A stretch of 64,000 nucleotides of DNA, from assembly GCA_002269645.1 (NCBI GenBank), contig NIVC01000152.1, forward strand, positions 744,001 through 808,000. Direction: 5' to 3'. The DNA comes from Macrostomum lignano (Eukaryota). Both the position numbers and the translations under genes were made by a program. The notes beneath the pieces are model-generated. The model was not told where the DNA came from and made no database searches. It worked only from the letters and a program-made list of their open reading frames with translations. Positions 12,801-24,939 of the stretch are shown in pieces; the stretch's first letter is position 1; each line of letters begins with the position of its first letter.

Positions 12801-15800
12801 AATTAATCTCAACATTGCTGACTTTTTAATGCGCAACAGTTTGTTGCAATAAAATTATTGTGCACAACTATCACTGAGCTTCTTCTATTACTTTTAGTGT
12901 GTCAGGGAAAATTTAGTTTAGTCAGGGAAGAAAAAAGTTACTGGAGCGCGGTCACCCTGCAAGCCCTTGTGCGCGTCTCGCCCCTCTCTTCCTTCCCTAG
13001 CGCACGCACATCGCTGGTGCAGTCAAATGTACGCCTAGCTAATTCCTATATGTCTCCCTGCCTCCCTGCTCCATCCGTGCACTACGCGACAAGGCAGGAT
13101 AGGACGACGATTTTGTCCAGCTCTAAAATAAAGCCAAAATAAATGTTGCCAGTCCTATGAGACTGGTAAAAAGAGGGGTCTGTCAGGGCCCATCAGTTTG
13201 ATAAATGCATTTACTAGCTAGCTACCGGGCTCCTGCTGCTGATTCTGATTCTAAATCATGGGCCTGCACAATTTTTTACTCATAAGGCCGGATAAAAATA
13301 ATCTAACTCATGGCTGCGGGCCAGACAAGGGAGAGGCGAGAGGGAAGATCGGATAAGAGACGAGATGAGATTAGAGATGGGATGAGAGATGAAATTATTA
13401 GTGATGGGATAAGAGACGATACGAGATGGGATAAAAGATAAGATTAGAGATGGGATGAGAGATGAGATGGGATGAGAGACGAGATCTTAAGATCAGGTGA
13501 TGAAAGATGAAAGAGAGGAGAGGAGATTAGAGAGAGAAAAAAATAAAGCTGAGACATTGAGCGGGCCGGATTGCTATTGTGAAGTTTCAAAAAACCTGAG
13601 GTCAGGATAGAGGCTTTTTGGTTTAATGTCTTCTATGTGCCCATGTTTACGATTGCGTTGTTTGCGATTTTCTGAGAAATCAATGCGTGTTTTTGTAATG
13701 TTCAAATTGATTTTCTTAGATAGCAGGCGTAGCTTTATTAACAAGCTCGGCCATCTGGCTGTGCTTTTTCATATAGCCTTCTATCCGTTAATTGGAAAAC
13801 CTGTTACATCGGATGGGATGGGTTGTCACGCCCTGGCTTTAGGGCTTTCTCTCTACCTGAAACTAATGGTATATCCCTATTCTTCATCCCCAATTGATCC
13901 CCGGATTTGCCAAGTCCCACCTGACCTGCAGAATATTCCCCAAGAAATTATTTTAGGCACCCTTTGGCCTGCTCCCACGGGAGTACGTGAGTAGATTCGA
14001 AATCCCTGCTCAGCAGAGGGAAAAGTAACGAAAGTTAAGGAAATTGAGCAGTTTGGAGGGAGAATAAGCAGGTACCTTGTAGAGATTAACAGGGCTTATT
14101 GCTTCACCTGCACCTGCAGTGCAGCCCCCAACCCCACTCCGCCTGTTAATCCTCCACCCAATTCGCGCAATTCAACCGAACCGCCGCCCTCACTGGCAGT
14201 GGATCAGAAAAAAGTCTAATAGTTAATTCCTCTGCCAGCCTGGCCTGCTTGGCTCATCCGAAGGGTTTAGCATGCCCCCTCCCCTCAGATCTAATTTCTT
14301 TTATCTCTCTCCCTTATCGCTGTATGCCTACAGAATTATCCTTCCTTGTGTCGCTTGCAGACAGTCGCCTCTGTGCTCATCTGTGGATTGGGATCGGCTG
14401 GATGGGAAGCGATGGAAAATATTGGGGGAGGGGGGAGTGAGTCAGCTCTCCGTTCTCCTTTATTATTCTTCTTCTTTTCAGCCAAGCAGCTGCTTAATCT
14501 AAAGCCTAAAGAGATGGATAGAAATGTATTACGTTTAAAGGCGCCTTCTTCCAATAGATGTATAGAGTTTTCCTATGTACAGGCGGGTCCTGCGTACGCT
14601 GCGGATCACGTAACAACGCTCACCTCCCCACCTCCCCTTTCCTCGCTTGCAGTCCCACCTCGGGCCACTGGGAGGCGGTCCAGTTTTTATATTTTAAAGG
14701 CCGGGTCTGCATGGATTGAAACGAACAAACCGGCCTTCTGGTATAAAAATTGGGATTGGGGAATTGTGGTAGAGCGAACTAGTAGGGATTTCAAGGGCTT
14801 CTTGACCCTTTCTAGGCCTTCGTTCACACTCCGTTTACGGGCGCCTCCGCCCACCATCCATTCTCTCTCTCTCTCGCTTTCCCTCCTCCCCCCCTACCGC
14901 CGCTCCTGTCCACTCGCCCCACTCGCAGTGCTGACACACTCGCCTACAGGACCTACAAGGCAGATGCCTCCCAGTATGCCCCGCAGCGGTTCGCTCTTGA
15001 CGCGTTCATCCTTTGGCTAACCAACTGACTCTCCCTAGTCCCGTCCACTATTCTTAGATAGCTAGAACTAGTCGCGCCCACGCACATTTCCCATTATCCC
15101 AGCGCGCTCAGCTGTCTATTAGTTTGACTTGAGGTCCCCCCCCAAGGGAGGCGGCAAGTCGAGCCGAGCGCTACGTTGACCAACTGTATTTTTCATGAAA
15201 ATGGAAATTGGAGGAAACAACCGCGTATATAGGCTGCGTTGTAGAAATTACATTATAGACAGTTGCGGGTGCTGCAAAATATGATACATAATTGAGAAAT
15301 GGTGGGCCGTTCTGTTTGAGCAACTCGAATTCTTCAATTCAAGATGCTCCTAGCCACAGAATCCGCCCCTTTCCTTCCGAAACCAAGCCACAGCATCCGC
15401 CCCTTTCCTTTCGAAACCAAGCCACAACATCCGCCCCTTTCCTTCCGAAACCAAGCCACAACATCCGCCCCTTTCCTTCCGAAACCAAGCCACAACATCC
15501 GCCCCTTTCCTTTCGAAACCAAGCCACAACATCCGCCCCTTTCCTTCCGAAACCAAGCCACAACATCCGCCCCTTTCCTTTCGAAACCAAGCCACAACAT
15601 CCGCCCCTTTCCTTCCGAAACCAAGCCACAACATCCGCCCCTTTCCTTCCGAAACCAAGCCACAACATCCGCCCCTTTCCTTCCGAAACCAAGCCACAAC
15701 ATCCGCCCCTTTCCTTCCGAAACCAAGCCACAACATCCGCCCCTTTCCTTTCGAAACCAAGACACAACATCCGCCCCTTTCCTTCCGAAACCAAGCCACA

Positions 15801-18800
15801 ACATCCGCCCCTTTCCTTTCGAAACCAAGCCACAACATCCGCCCCTTTCCTTCCGAAACCAAGCCACAGGATCCGCCCCTTTCCTTCCGAAACCAAGCCA
15901 CAGGATCCGCCCCTTTCCTTCCGAAACCAAGCCACAGGATCCGCCCCTTTCCTTCCGAAACCAAGCCACAGGATCCGCCCCCTTCCTTCCGAAACCAAGC
16001 CACAAAATCCGCCCCTTTTCTTCCAAATCAAAGCCACAACATCCGCCCCTTTCCTTCCGAAACCAAGCCACAACATCCGCCCCTTTCCTTCCGAAACCAA
16101 GCCACAGGATCCGCCCCTTTCCTTCCGAAACCAAGCCACAGGATCCGCCCCCTTCCTTCCGAAACCAAGCCACAAAATCCGTCCCTTTTCTTCCAAATCA
16201 AAGCCACAACATCCGCCCCTTTCCTTCCGAAACCAAGCCACAACATCCGCCCCTTTCCTTTCGAAACCAAGCCACAACATCCGCCCCTTTCCTTCCGAAA
16301 CCAAGCCACAGGATCCGCCCCTTTCCTTCCGAAACCAAGCCACAACATCCGCCCCTTTCCTTCCGAAACCAAGCCACAGGATCCACCCCTTCCTTCCGAA
16401 ACCAAGCCACAACATCCGCCCCTTTCCTTCCGAAACCAAGCCACAACATCCGCCCCTTTCCTTCCGAAACCAAGCCACAACATCCGCCCCTTTCCTTTCG
16501 AAACCAAGACACAACATCCGCCCCTTTCCTTCCGAAACCAAGCCACAACATCCGCCCCTTTCCTTTCGAAACCAAGCCACAACATCCGCCCCTTTCCTTC
16601 CGAAACCAAGCCACAGGATCCGCCCCTTTCCTTCCGAAACCAAGCCACAGGATCCGCCCCTTTCCTTCCGAAACCAAGCCACAGGATCCGCCCCTTTCCT
16701 TCCGAAACCAAGCCACAGGATCCGCCCCCTTCCTTCCGAAACCAAGCCACAAAATCCGCCCCTTTTCTTCCAAATCAAAGCCACAACATCCGCCCCTTTC
16801 CTTCCGAAACCAAGCCACAACATCCGCCCCTTTCCTTCCGAAACCAAGCCACAGGATCCGCCCCTTTCCTTCCGAAACCAAGCCACAGGATCCGCCCCCT
16901 TCCTTCCGAAACCAAGCCACAAAATCCGCCCCTTTTCTTCCAAATCAAAGCCACAACATCCGCCCCTTTCCTTCCGAAACCAAGCCACAACATCCGCCCC
17001 TTTCCTTTCGAAACCAAGCCACAACATCCGCCCCTTTCCTTCCGAAACCAAGCCACAGGATCCGCCCCTTTCCTTCCGAAACCAAGCCACAACATCCGCC
17101 CCTTTCCTTCCGAAACCAAGCCACAGGATCCACCCCTTTCCTTCCGAAACCAAGCCACAACATCCGCCCCTTTCCTTCCGAAACCAAGCCACAACATCCG
17201 CCCCTTTCCTTCCGAAACCAAGCCACAACATCCGCCCCTTTCCTTTCGAAACCAAGACACAACATCCGCCCCTTTCCTTCCGAAACCAAGCCACAACATC
17301 CGCCCCTTTCCTTTCGAAACCAAGCCACAACATCCGCCCCTTTCCTTCCGAAACCAAGCCACAGGATCCGCCCCTTTCCTTCCGAAACCAAGCCACAGGA
17401 TCCGCCCCTTTCCTTCCGAAACCAAGCCACAGGATCCGCCCCTTTCCTTCCGAAACCAAGCCACAGGATCCGCCCCCTTCCTTCCGAAACCAAGCCACAA
17501 AATCCGCCCCTTTTCTTCCAAATCAAAGCCACAGAGATCCGCCCTCCTGAAACTATACGTACCATAAGATCCGCTCCCTATTTGGTTCCAAATCAAGCAG
17601 CTGACCCACCCTGTTTGTTCCCAAACCAAAAGGCAGGGTTGTCTTCTGTATAAAAATCCTTCGTGAAGGTGTTAAATTGCGCTGATTTACTGAAGCCTTA
17701 TCTGATCTAGGTAGGTGCTATACAGCAGAGCCACAGTTTCTTATCGCTAGCTGAATGCTAATTAGTGATAACTGCAATTATTTTTCCGGACCTTTCACTT
17801 TGGGTTGCTAATAACATTGGCATTCCCTAAGTATTAGCACTATGAAGCAAGGATATACGAATTTAAGCAAGCCGTTCTGCTTTTTAAGCGAGTTAATTGC
17901 TGCGCAATTTCGTTCAATCATCGCGCATATAGTTTCAAGGGCTTGTCAATGCCGTATATGGACTTGCTTCGGATTCTTTGTTTAGATAAGCCCAGAGTGT
18001 TGGAGATCTGGCTAGAATAAGTACTATGTGGGCAGTGCTACAGTGCTCATGGACCACCCAGCTGTCTGCTCACTGCCGCAGCTCTTCCTCTTCTTCATCT
18101 GCCACTAGGGTAAATAGCTGGCGCCTGTACTGTATTTAGTAGACTTCCACTACTGTATATCTATCTCTTACTTGAATCCCCGCAGTAGCAATGGATGCTC
18201 AAGTTAACAATGCCTGTCTAACTGAACCAGCATTCACAGACAGAGAGGACAGAGAAACGATCACGCCCAACTCACAGCGTGAGCTCATAGATGAATGGTA
18301 GAAGAAGCGTACGTACACTACTATTTGCTCAATGTGTAAAACAAAAGCGACAGTTGGTGCGTGGGAGAGAAAACCGGTTCTCTTAGTTCTCCTAGAAGCG
18401 GCAGAAGTGTGCTCTATCTTACTTTTGAACAAAATCTTCGCTACCGAATCGAACTGCTTTAAAATCTGCTTTTTACTGGTTGCTGCACTTTTGTCGTCGT
18501 CCTTCCTGTCTTCTAATTTCTCCCCCTCTTTCCTCTCTTCATCTCCTATTATCTGTCTATCTGTGGCAATCAGCTACTGGCGCAGACTGATTGCTGGCCC
18601 AATCTGATCGGGGGATTAGCTTAACTTTCGTGAAGAGCAGCAGCAGTAGAAGAAGGGTGATGGAAATAGAACGAATGCGCGATGTCTCGAACTGTCCTTA
18701 GTAGTCGGCTAAGTCTCGGCTTGACATCCCCTGGATAGGGCTGCGGAGACTGGGAAGCAGAACTTTTTAGACGACTTGGACGGGAAAATTTCCCCGATTG

Positions 18801-21800
18801 ATAGGGGACTGGCGGAGAGGACCGATTCAGGCGGAATAAGAGCGGCATCATTAGAAAGCAGATGAGGCTGTTATTCAGAAGATGGAATAGAGATTCTGGG
18901 CCCCGGTTAGAATCCAGTATCGGTATATCGGACTCTGGCTAATGCGCTCACTCGTCCGTTTGAGCTAGCGAGAGTGGAACGGTAAATTGATAGAAAGCCA
19001 TAGGAAATCAAGACGCAATAGAAATCAGCTTGCTAAAAGAAGGAACCAAACTCGGTTTTGGTAAATAAACTAGCAGAAGAGTGTTTTCGTTAAGTCGATA
19101 CTTTGGCCAATTTTTGCTCTCTTGAGAAGATTTTGGATGGGAATTCGGCGGCTGGCCAGGCCACTTTGCCTCGAACCGAATTTGTTAATTAGTCCCCTAT
19201 GTAGAGAAGCTTTGATTGTAATTGGCCGAGTTTCTCTGCGCCCCGATTGCCTGTCTGTGCTGAAGAGCAAAACTTAACTGCGCAATTCATATATTCCAAC
19301 GCTGTTTGGCCAAACAGGCCAAGGAAGTGTCAGGTCTTGAAAAGGTGAAAAATTCTGCCTAATTTGCGGGCTTGAACAGTTTGCAGAGAAAAACTGTGCT
19401 TCGAGTGGCCAAAAAATGAAGGAATGCCTCCGCAAGAGATTCCGCTTTGCATGTAGAAAAGGAATTCCTTTGAAAAGGGAGGCGGTAGCAGAAGCAGCAG
19501 TGGATTTGTTCCACCTCGCTTGCCCGCCTTTTCTTACTGTCTGTTATTTTTCTATTCTATTTTCGCTGGACTGGGCTGCAGAGTTCAGCTTCGTCTTCCA
19601 AGTTATATTTAGCCTACGGATACACTATAGACCAGGTGGTAGGCAGCACCGGGCGTGTACGACAGTGATTCATTCAGACCAAAACGCCTAAGAAAATAGT
19701 TGACAGTTCTTTGAACCTACAGTGGCAAGTTCTGGGGACACGGAAGAAGAATTATCCCATTTGTCGCGTGTTGGCTTTGGCATTGGAGGAAAGGGAAGTA
19801 AAAAAGTCAAGTTTAGTAGCTGGGATATACAGCAGAGAGAGAGAAAACCTGCCCTCCGGGGATGGCAAAGATATATGCCATTAGAAATTGGACCGAGCAG
19901 TTAATTGCCTTTTTTTATGTTTCTTCGCTCTCTCCCGTCTCAGTCTCTGTGGCCTTCGCAGGGCTTGTGCGTCATCAAGTCTTCGCGTTTCTCGGTTGGC
20001 TCCGCTCGGAACTGCGGCCTAGAAAGGGGGCTTTTCTCAAGCCAGTGCCAAGAAAAATTAGATGAACTTATTTGTCACCAGATTTTTCTGGAAAATTTCA
20101 CCGAGGTTTGACTTTACATCAGGGGTCAGTAAACCTTTTTTATCTCAAGTGCCAGCAGATAAAGAATCCAGCTCAGGGCTGCAGGTCAGGTGAGAGAGGA
20201 AAGGATGCAGAGAAAAAGAAAAAGGAGATGAGAGAAGAGGGTAGAAGGGAGAGGCGAGAAAGGAGATGAGATGAGGAATGAATGGAGAGAAAAGAGAAAG
20301 GCCCCGTGGGACGTAGTATATTCATCTGCAGTCAGCCTCCCTCATCTGTCATTCCTCATCGTATCCGACATTTATACATGTATATATTTCAAGCCTATAT
20401 GCAGTTTTTCCTTTCTTTCATTCAGTTAGTGCGGACAGGATGCGCGCGGGGTTTAGGAACCCTCTGCTGCACCTGTTTATAATATAGCTTTCGTTAGCTA
20501 GCTAAGATTATATGCATGTGTGCGTACGAATAGCTCGTATAGGCTTATGCTTGCACTTAGTGATGGTACAGCTGCCGTGTATAGGAAAAGCGCTCGTGGT
20601 ATAAACTGGCTAGAAATGGGAAAAGCACTCCCCCAAGTTGCGTGTTTCTCCCAGCTCTCTCCTCCCACTTCGGACTTCGGGGATCGAATTGATGCAGCAC
20701 TCGTGTATGTATCATTAACGTATCGAGCCTGCGGCTTCGACATTAATTTCAATCCGCATTCTATACTCGTTCCTTTCTCGAGTCAGTCAAGCGCTGCTGC
20801 TTCTGCTACCCCTTCCCGGGGCTCTCTTGCAATTGGCTTGAGTGGGCCTCTGCTTGAGCATTCCTCTTTTTTCCTCTTTTTCCCAACTTCCCCTCTCTCT
20901 CCCTCTCTGTTTTTGCCCACGCTGGCGTGGCGACCTGCCTGAATTTCGTTGCTTTCGCGCCGGGGCTCTCTTGGGAGCTGCCTCCCGGGCTGGCTGAAAC
21001 GGGGGATGTCGAGGAAAGAGAGAGAGAGAGGGGGAAATAGGATGAGCAGCGGCCTCCTCGCTTGTACTTTTAGGCTAACCCCTCCCCGACCGACTTGTCA
21101 CGTGCTGCGATCTCCGTCTCCATCCTCAGGCGCAGGCTTGAGACGACCCCCCCCCTCACCAACGTCTTCATCCCTCCCGCCCCAGCCTAATTCCTCATGC
21201 TGCTCTGCTGATAGACTGCAGGGTGAGCCTTATTCTTTCTACTGATCTGCGCTCACAGCCGGCCCAGAGACGGAAAGAGCTAGTTTTTAAAGAGTCGGGC
21301 AGCGTAGGGATTTCGGGTGTTAGGCGAGACCCACCCTCCCACTATCCGTGCCCCCACTTTCTCCCCCCTCTCCGATCCCTCTCTCCTACGCGATTGGCCC
21401 CATTTCGGATAAAGCGGCCTTGACGCCTTGCAGTCTCTTTATTTTGAGATCTCCCTATCCGGCCTTCCCATGGCGTATCGCTTTACAATAATTGCTTATT
21501 CTCGTCACCCGTATCGAAACTTGCATCCCAACTAGGCTACTGCTAGTAGGCTTGTTTCGCGTTATTAGCTTATAATTTGAGGCAAAACGGCCAAAAGGGA
21601 AAACAAAGTGTTTTTTAATGCTTGCGTCTACATAAACACGATTTTTACTATATAAACTTGTATTTATCATAGCACTGTAAATAAACCGATAAAAACAAAT
21701 CTTTGCACTGTATAGAGCTCGTATCGATGAATTTTACATTTACTATGACCTACTTGCCAATTGCAGCACCAAACTCGGCAATGATCACCATTGGCATTGT

Positions 21801-21884
21801 GATCGCTGTAGTGGTCGTCTTCATTGTGATCGTGTCCGGCGTAGCTATCGCTTTGAAGCGACGCAACTCGCAGCCTAAGAATGG
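823..21884 (+). CDS. Type I membrane immunoglobulin-superfamily protein (signal peptide, 3 Ig-like domains, S/T stalk, TM). Exons 823-865, 4794-5504, 6214-6498, 7815-7835 (tentative), 8497-8568, 21767-21884; 3' cytoplasmic exons not resolved
   Basis: Exon 1 MTSIYFSVVILLLA ends G|GTATGC. All ectodomain introns are phase 1 with canonical AG/GT sites and join in frame. Paired Ig cysteines (IFECS...EYRCS; SIVCTA...IICS; DVCS...ITCG). TM ITIGIVIAVVVVFIVIVSGVAIAL is followed by the basic stop-transfer KRR. Confidence 0.8.
1366..2208. mobile_element. Non-autonomous hAT-type DNA transposon (843 bp) in intron 1 of Ig gene
   Basis: TIRs TAGTGTTGGGCA / TGCCCAACACTG. 8-bp TSD CATTTAGC at 1358-1365 and 2209-2216. 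Many subterminal GTAAC/GTTAC motifs. Confidence 0.85.
2920..3190. repeat. Degenerate tandem repeat built on AGCAAGCATCCC
   Basis: Recurring agcaagcatcc/agcaagtacc motif at roughly 20-bp spacing. Confidence 0.55.
3215..3530. repeat. 23-bp minisatellite (ATGTTTGACATGGTGGCTCTTTT)n
   Basis: Directly visible; period 23 (e.g. 3384 to 3407). Confidence 0.85.
4794..5504 (+). CDS. Exon 2 of Ig gene: V-like plus C2-like Ig domains
   Basis: Acceptor CTGAACAG at 4786-4793 and donor GTGAGT at 5505. 711 nt, symmetric phase 1; matches ORF 4793-5512. Confidence 0.85.
5550..6160. repeat. 30-bp minisatellite (GAGATCCCTGACATTCTCTGTGTGAAGGGT)n, about 20 copies, fills intron 2
   Basis: Directly visible; explains ORFs 5525-6227. 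Confidence 0.95.
6214..6498 (+). CDS. Exon 3 of Ig gene: third Ig-like domain
   Basis: Acceptor CCCGCAG ending 6213 and donor GTGAGT at 6499. 285 nt, symmetric phase 1; within ORF 6168-6545. Confidence 0.8.
7374..7618. mobile_element. MITE-like element, superfamily unclear
   Basis: 15-bp perfect inverted repeat ACCTTTTCACGTTCA / TGAACGTGAAAAGGT, extended by matching TTGATCAAA. No convincing TSD. Confidence 0.5.
8670..9235. repeat. Compound (GTCT)-based minisatellite with interspersed GTCTTGTCTGCAAGTAT
   Basis: Directly visible; explains ORFs 8628-9319. Confidence 0.9.
9860..10975. repeat. Compound (AGAC)-based minisatellite with GCAGTCAGTGA and GCTGGC blocks
   Basis: Directly visible; explains ORFs 10099-10969. 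Confidence 0.9.
11413..12959 (+). mobile_element. Internally deleted hAT5-like DNA transposon (1547 bp) retaining the 3' part of the transposase
   Basis: Perfect 13-bp TIRs CAGGGTGACCGCG / CGCGGTCACCCTG. 5-bp TSD CAAGC at 11408-11412 and 12960-12964. Subterminal GTCAGGGAAA repeats at both ends. Confidence 0.8.
11832..12595 (+). pseudogene. hAT-type transposase C-terminal fragment (dimerization motif plus coiled-coil tail)
   Basis: ORF 11708-12595 contains KMVLTTFHGNAAVERGFSVNK, matching the hAT S/AVER-x-FS dimerization motif. Candidate acceptor GGCAG ends at 11831; AATAAA lies downstream. No catalytic N-terminal part inside the TIRs. Confidence 0.7.
15345..17545. repeat. 34-bp satellite (ATCCGCCCCTTTCCTTCCGAAACCAAGCCACARS)n, about 65 copies, with higher-order structure
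   Basis: Directly visible; explains all ORFs 15292-17653. Variant pattern recurs at 170 and about 747 bp. Confidence 0.95.
21767..21884 (+). CDS. Transmembrane exon of Ig gene
   Basis: Acceptor TTGCAG ending 21766 (phase 1, compatible with upstream exons). About 24 hydrophobic residues then KRRNSQPKN; donor GTGAGT at 21885. Confidence 0.75.
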
Positions 21885-22479
21885 GTGAGTAGTATGCCGC
21901 GAACATTTCATGAAAAAATTAAATTTGTGCTAGATTTAGTCCATTAGTTTATGTGTATAGATAGATTTGCTCGCAATTGGAATGCTAATAATGACTGAAA
22001 ATAAAGTTAATAAAATTGCATGGCTTTATGAATTATTATTATTATTATTAATAATTAATTTACTTTTGAAAGCACGATTAAGTACTTTATTGTCTCAAAA
22101 AGTGAAATTTCAGTTGTGCATTTTCTAACTAATTTTGTCATCCAAGTCCTCAGTTAAGTGATGTTGTAGTACACTCGTACATTGCCAGTGCGAGCCTTCG
22201 TTTTAGTTTAAGTTTAGTATTATTATATATAGTAAATATAGTTATATAGTACCATACTGCTACCTGTCCCAACTGGAAGTTTTGTTAACTGCGTGAAGAA
22301 CAACAGCTCAAGTCAGTGATAGTGATTGCAACCGCAACCTCTCGTAGCCCCCCTTCCCCCAAGTGCGTAGCCCCCCCCCCATGTAACTACCACCTTGCCC
22401 CAGCCTTACAAAACTTAATCCACAACCATGACATAGATCACTACGAAACCCACATCTCACGGAATCCACAATCACTACA

Positions 22480-23105
22480 GAACCCACAACAATCATGCGG
22501 AACCCACAACCATCATACAGAACCCACAACCATCATACAGAACCCACAACCATCATACAGAACCCACAACCATCATAAAGAACCCACAACCATCATACAG
22601 AACCCACAACCATCATAAAGAACCCACAACCATCATAAAGAACCCACAACCATCATACAGAACCCACAACCATCATGCGGAACCCACAACCATCATGCGG
22701 AACCCACAACCATCATGCGGAACCCACAACCATCATACAGAACCCACAACCATCATACAGAACCCACAACCATCATAAAGAACCCACAACCATCATACAG
22801 AACCCACAACCATCATAAGGAACCCACAACCATCATGCGGAACCCACAACCATCATACAGAACCCACAACCATCATACAGAACCCACAACCATCATACAG
22901 AACCCACAACCATCATACAGAACCCACAACCATCATACAGAACCCACAACCATCATACAGAACCCACAACCATCATAAGGAACCCACAACCATCATAAGG
23001 AACCCACAACCATCATGCCTAACCCACAACCATCATGCCTAACCCACAACCATCATGCGGAACCCACAACCATCATATGGAACAGAAAACCACCATACGG
23101 AACCC
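22480..23105. repeat. 20-bp minisatellite (AACCCACAACCATCATACAG)n, about 30 copies
   Basis: Directly visible. Confidence 0.95.
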
Positions 23106-24939
23106 ACAAGTGTCTACAATAAGCAATAGTAGTGGTAGCAGTTTTAGTTCCACTAATGTACTATATTATCGTGTCGCTGTCAGTTTCGTATTTGCCACCA
23201 AATCTGTGTACGCTTTAGTCAGTTACCTCCATCTTTGTTCGACAACATTGCACAACATTGTCCCCAACCCTGCCCCCTTCTGGCCTTGCCAAAATGATAG
23301 AATAGTACAGTTCTCCATCCGAATTCTCCATCCATTGTCCGCAACGCAATTTCAGCGGCAACGACAAACGCTACGACAAAGTTGGCCAGAATGATGCGGT
23401 GAGTTCTCATAAGCCAAACACCCTTTGGTCAATCCTCAGTCAAATTGGGCCACAGATTTAAGCACCGACCCATTGCACTCAGATTGCCTTATTTTTTACT
23501 TACTATATTTGAGTTGTCTGTTTTTTTGTCTCACTGGTGGCATGCTTGTTGATGATTTTCAGTGTTTTTTGTCAACTGTATTGTCTATTTATTAATATTA
23601 ATATCTATCATAATGTCCCTGACTGTGCTATAGTGTAATGTGTCATAGAAAACTATTGCCATAATTATAAATGCAACTTTTCTTCATATTTTCTTTAAAA
23701 TCCTGACTACATGTTCTTAGTAGTTTTGATGCCCGATGGATCTAACTGTTTCAATTGATTATAACAATTCTTTATGTAATATCTGTACGTGTGTGCCGCC
23801 TTCTAACTGGCTATGCCGTTGGCTCTAACAGTTTCAACTTATAAATGCAGCTGGGATGGCCACCTTGTTCAAATCGTGCTTTATGCGCTTGCTAGAATAA
23901 TTCAGTAAGCTATAAGTAATTGCTGTTTCAAAGTCGCAAGTCTATCAGCTCTTCTCTGTGTTCTCCTCTATTATCAACATGAATGCTGATTAAGCGACAT
24001 TCAGCACCCCCCCCCCTGTGTGTGCGTGCATTGCGACTTGGCATTGCTGATCCATTTTAGCAGAAAGAGGCACCGATTGCACAAAAACGACACCCGTTTC
24101 CTCCCCCTCCGAAATGGCAGGACCGCCGAGGACCCGCCAAGAAATTGGACGACATGCCCTCAACGGCAGTCTGATAGTTAATATGCTGCGGGACCAGTCC
24201 TGTTATTCATTATAATCATATTAGTAAAGTAGTAAGATAGGGGAGTAAGCATAGTATGTATAATTGTATATGTAAAATTCTTATTTAGTCAGCGCCTCAA
24301 GCATCTATCTGACTTTTCTTTCCTGTCTTCATATCTTGAAATTCAGAAGCTGCGCAATGAATTCCAGAGTGAATCTATATGATTATATAATTATTACATA
24401 TTTGAGGTGTCATTTTTATTTGTAATTTAAATATTGTTATGCCTAGTCGCCTAGCAAATGTGTCTGAGTGCAATAAGTTTAGCTCTATTTTTAGCTCCTG
24501 CTCTCTGTCTCAGATTATATCGATCTATTTATCATTTCTCACTTTCTGTCACTATCTTTTTGTTCTGTTTGGGCTAGGAGGGGGCAAATATGTTTTTTAG
24601 GATCTATAAGCACGCACACACAGGCAGCGTAACAGGCCTGGTTCCGCCTTGCAAATTAACTTGATCGAGTGATCTTTTGCAAGATCAGGTAGGCCGCCAA
24701 CCATAAACAGCCTTTTAACCCTGACAGGGGGGACATAATAAAATATTTAAAATCGACAACCCGCATGCCAGTTAATGTTGTGGTCGCTTTTTATGTTTGC
24801 AACATATTTTTTTCATTGCTATATACAATATTTCCCTCAGTCTTCACTTCTTTGACTTTGCACACAGGTTTTTTTGTTGCTATTCGTGTGTGTGTTTTCC
24901 TATAGACGATTTCCTAGAGAGCTGCTATTGCATTGTGCT

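Noticed and set aside
13240-13570. Fragments resembling hAT/Charlie ends (also about 20126 and 28200-28285)
   Set aside because: Too decayed to pair TIRs or find TSDs.
15292-17653. Long ORFs of 700-770 aa on both strands
   Set aside because: Translations of a 34-bp satellite that is open in several frames; no coding signature.
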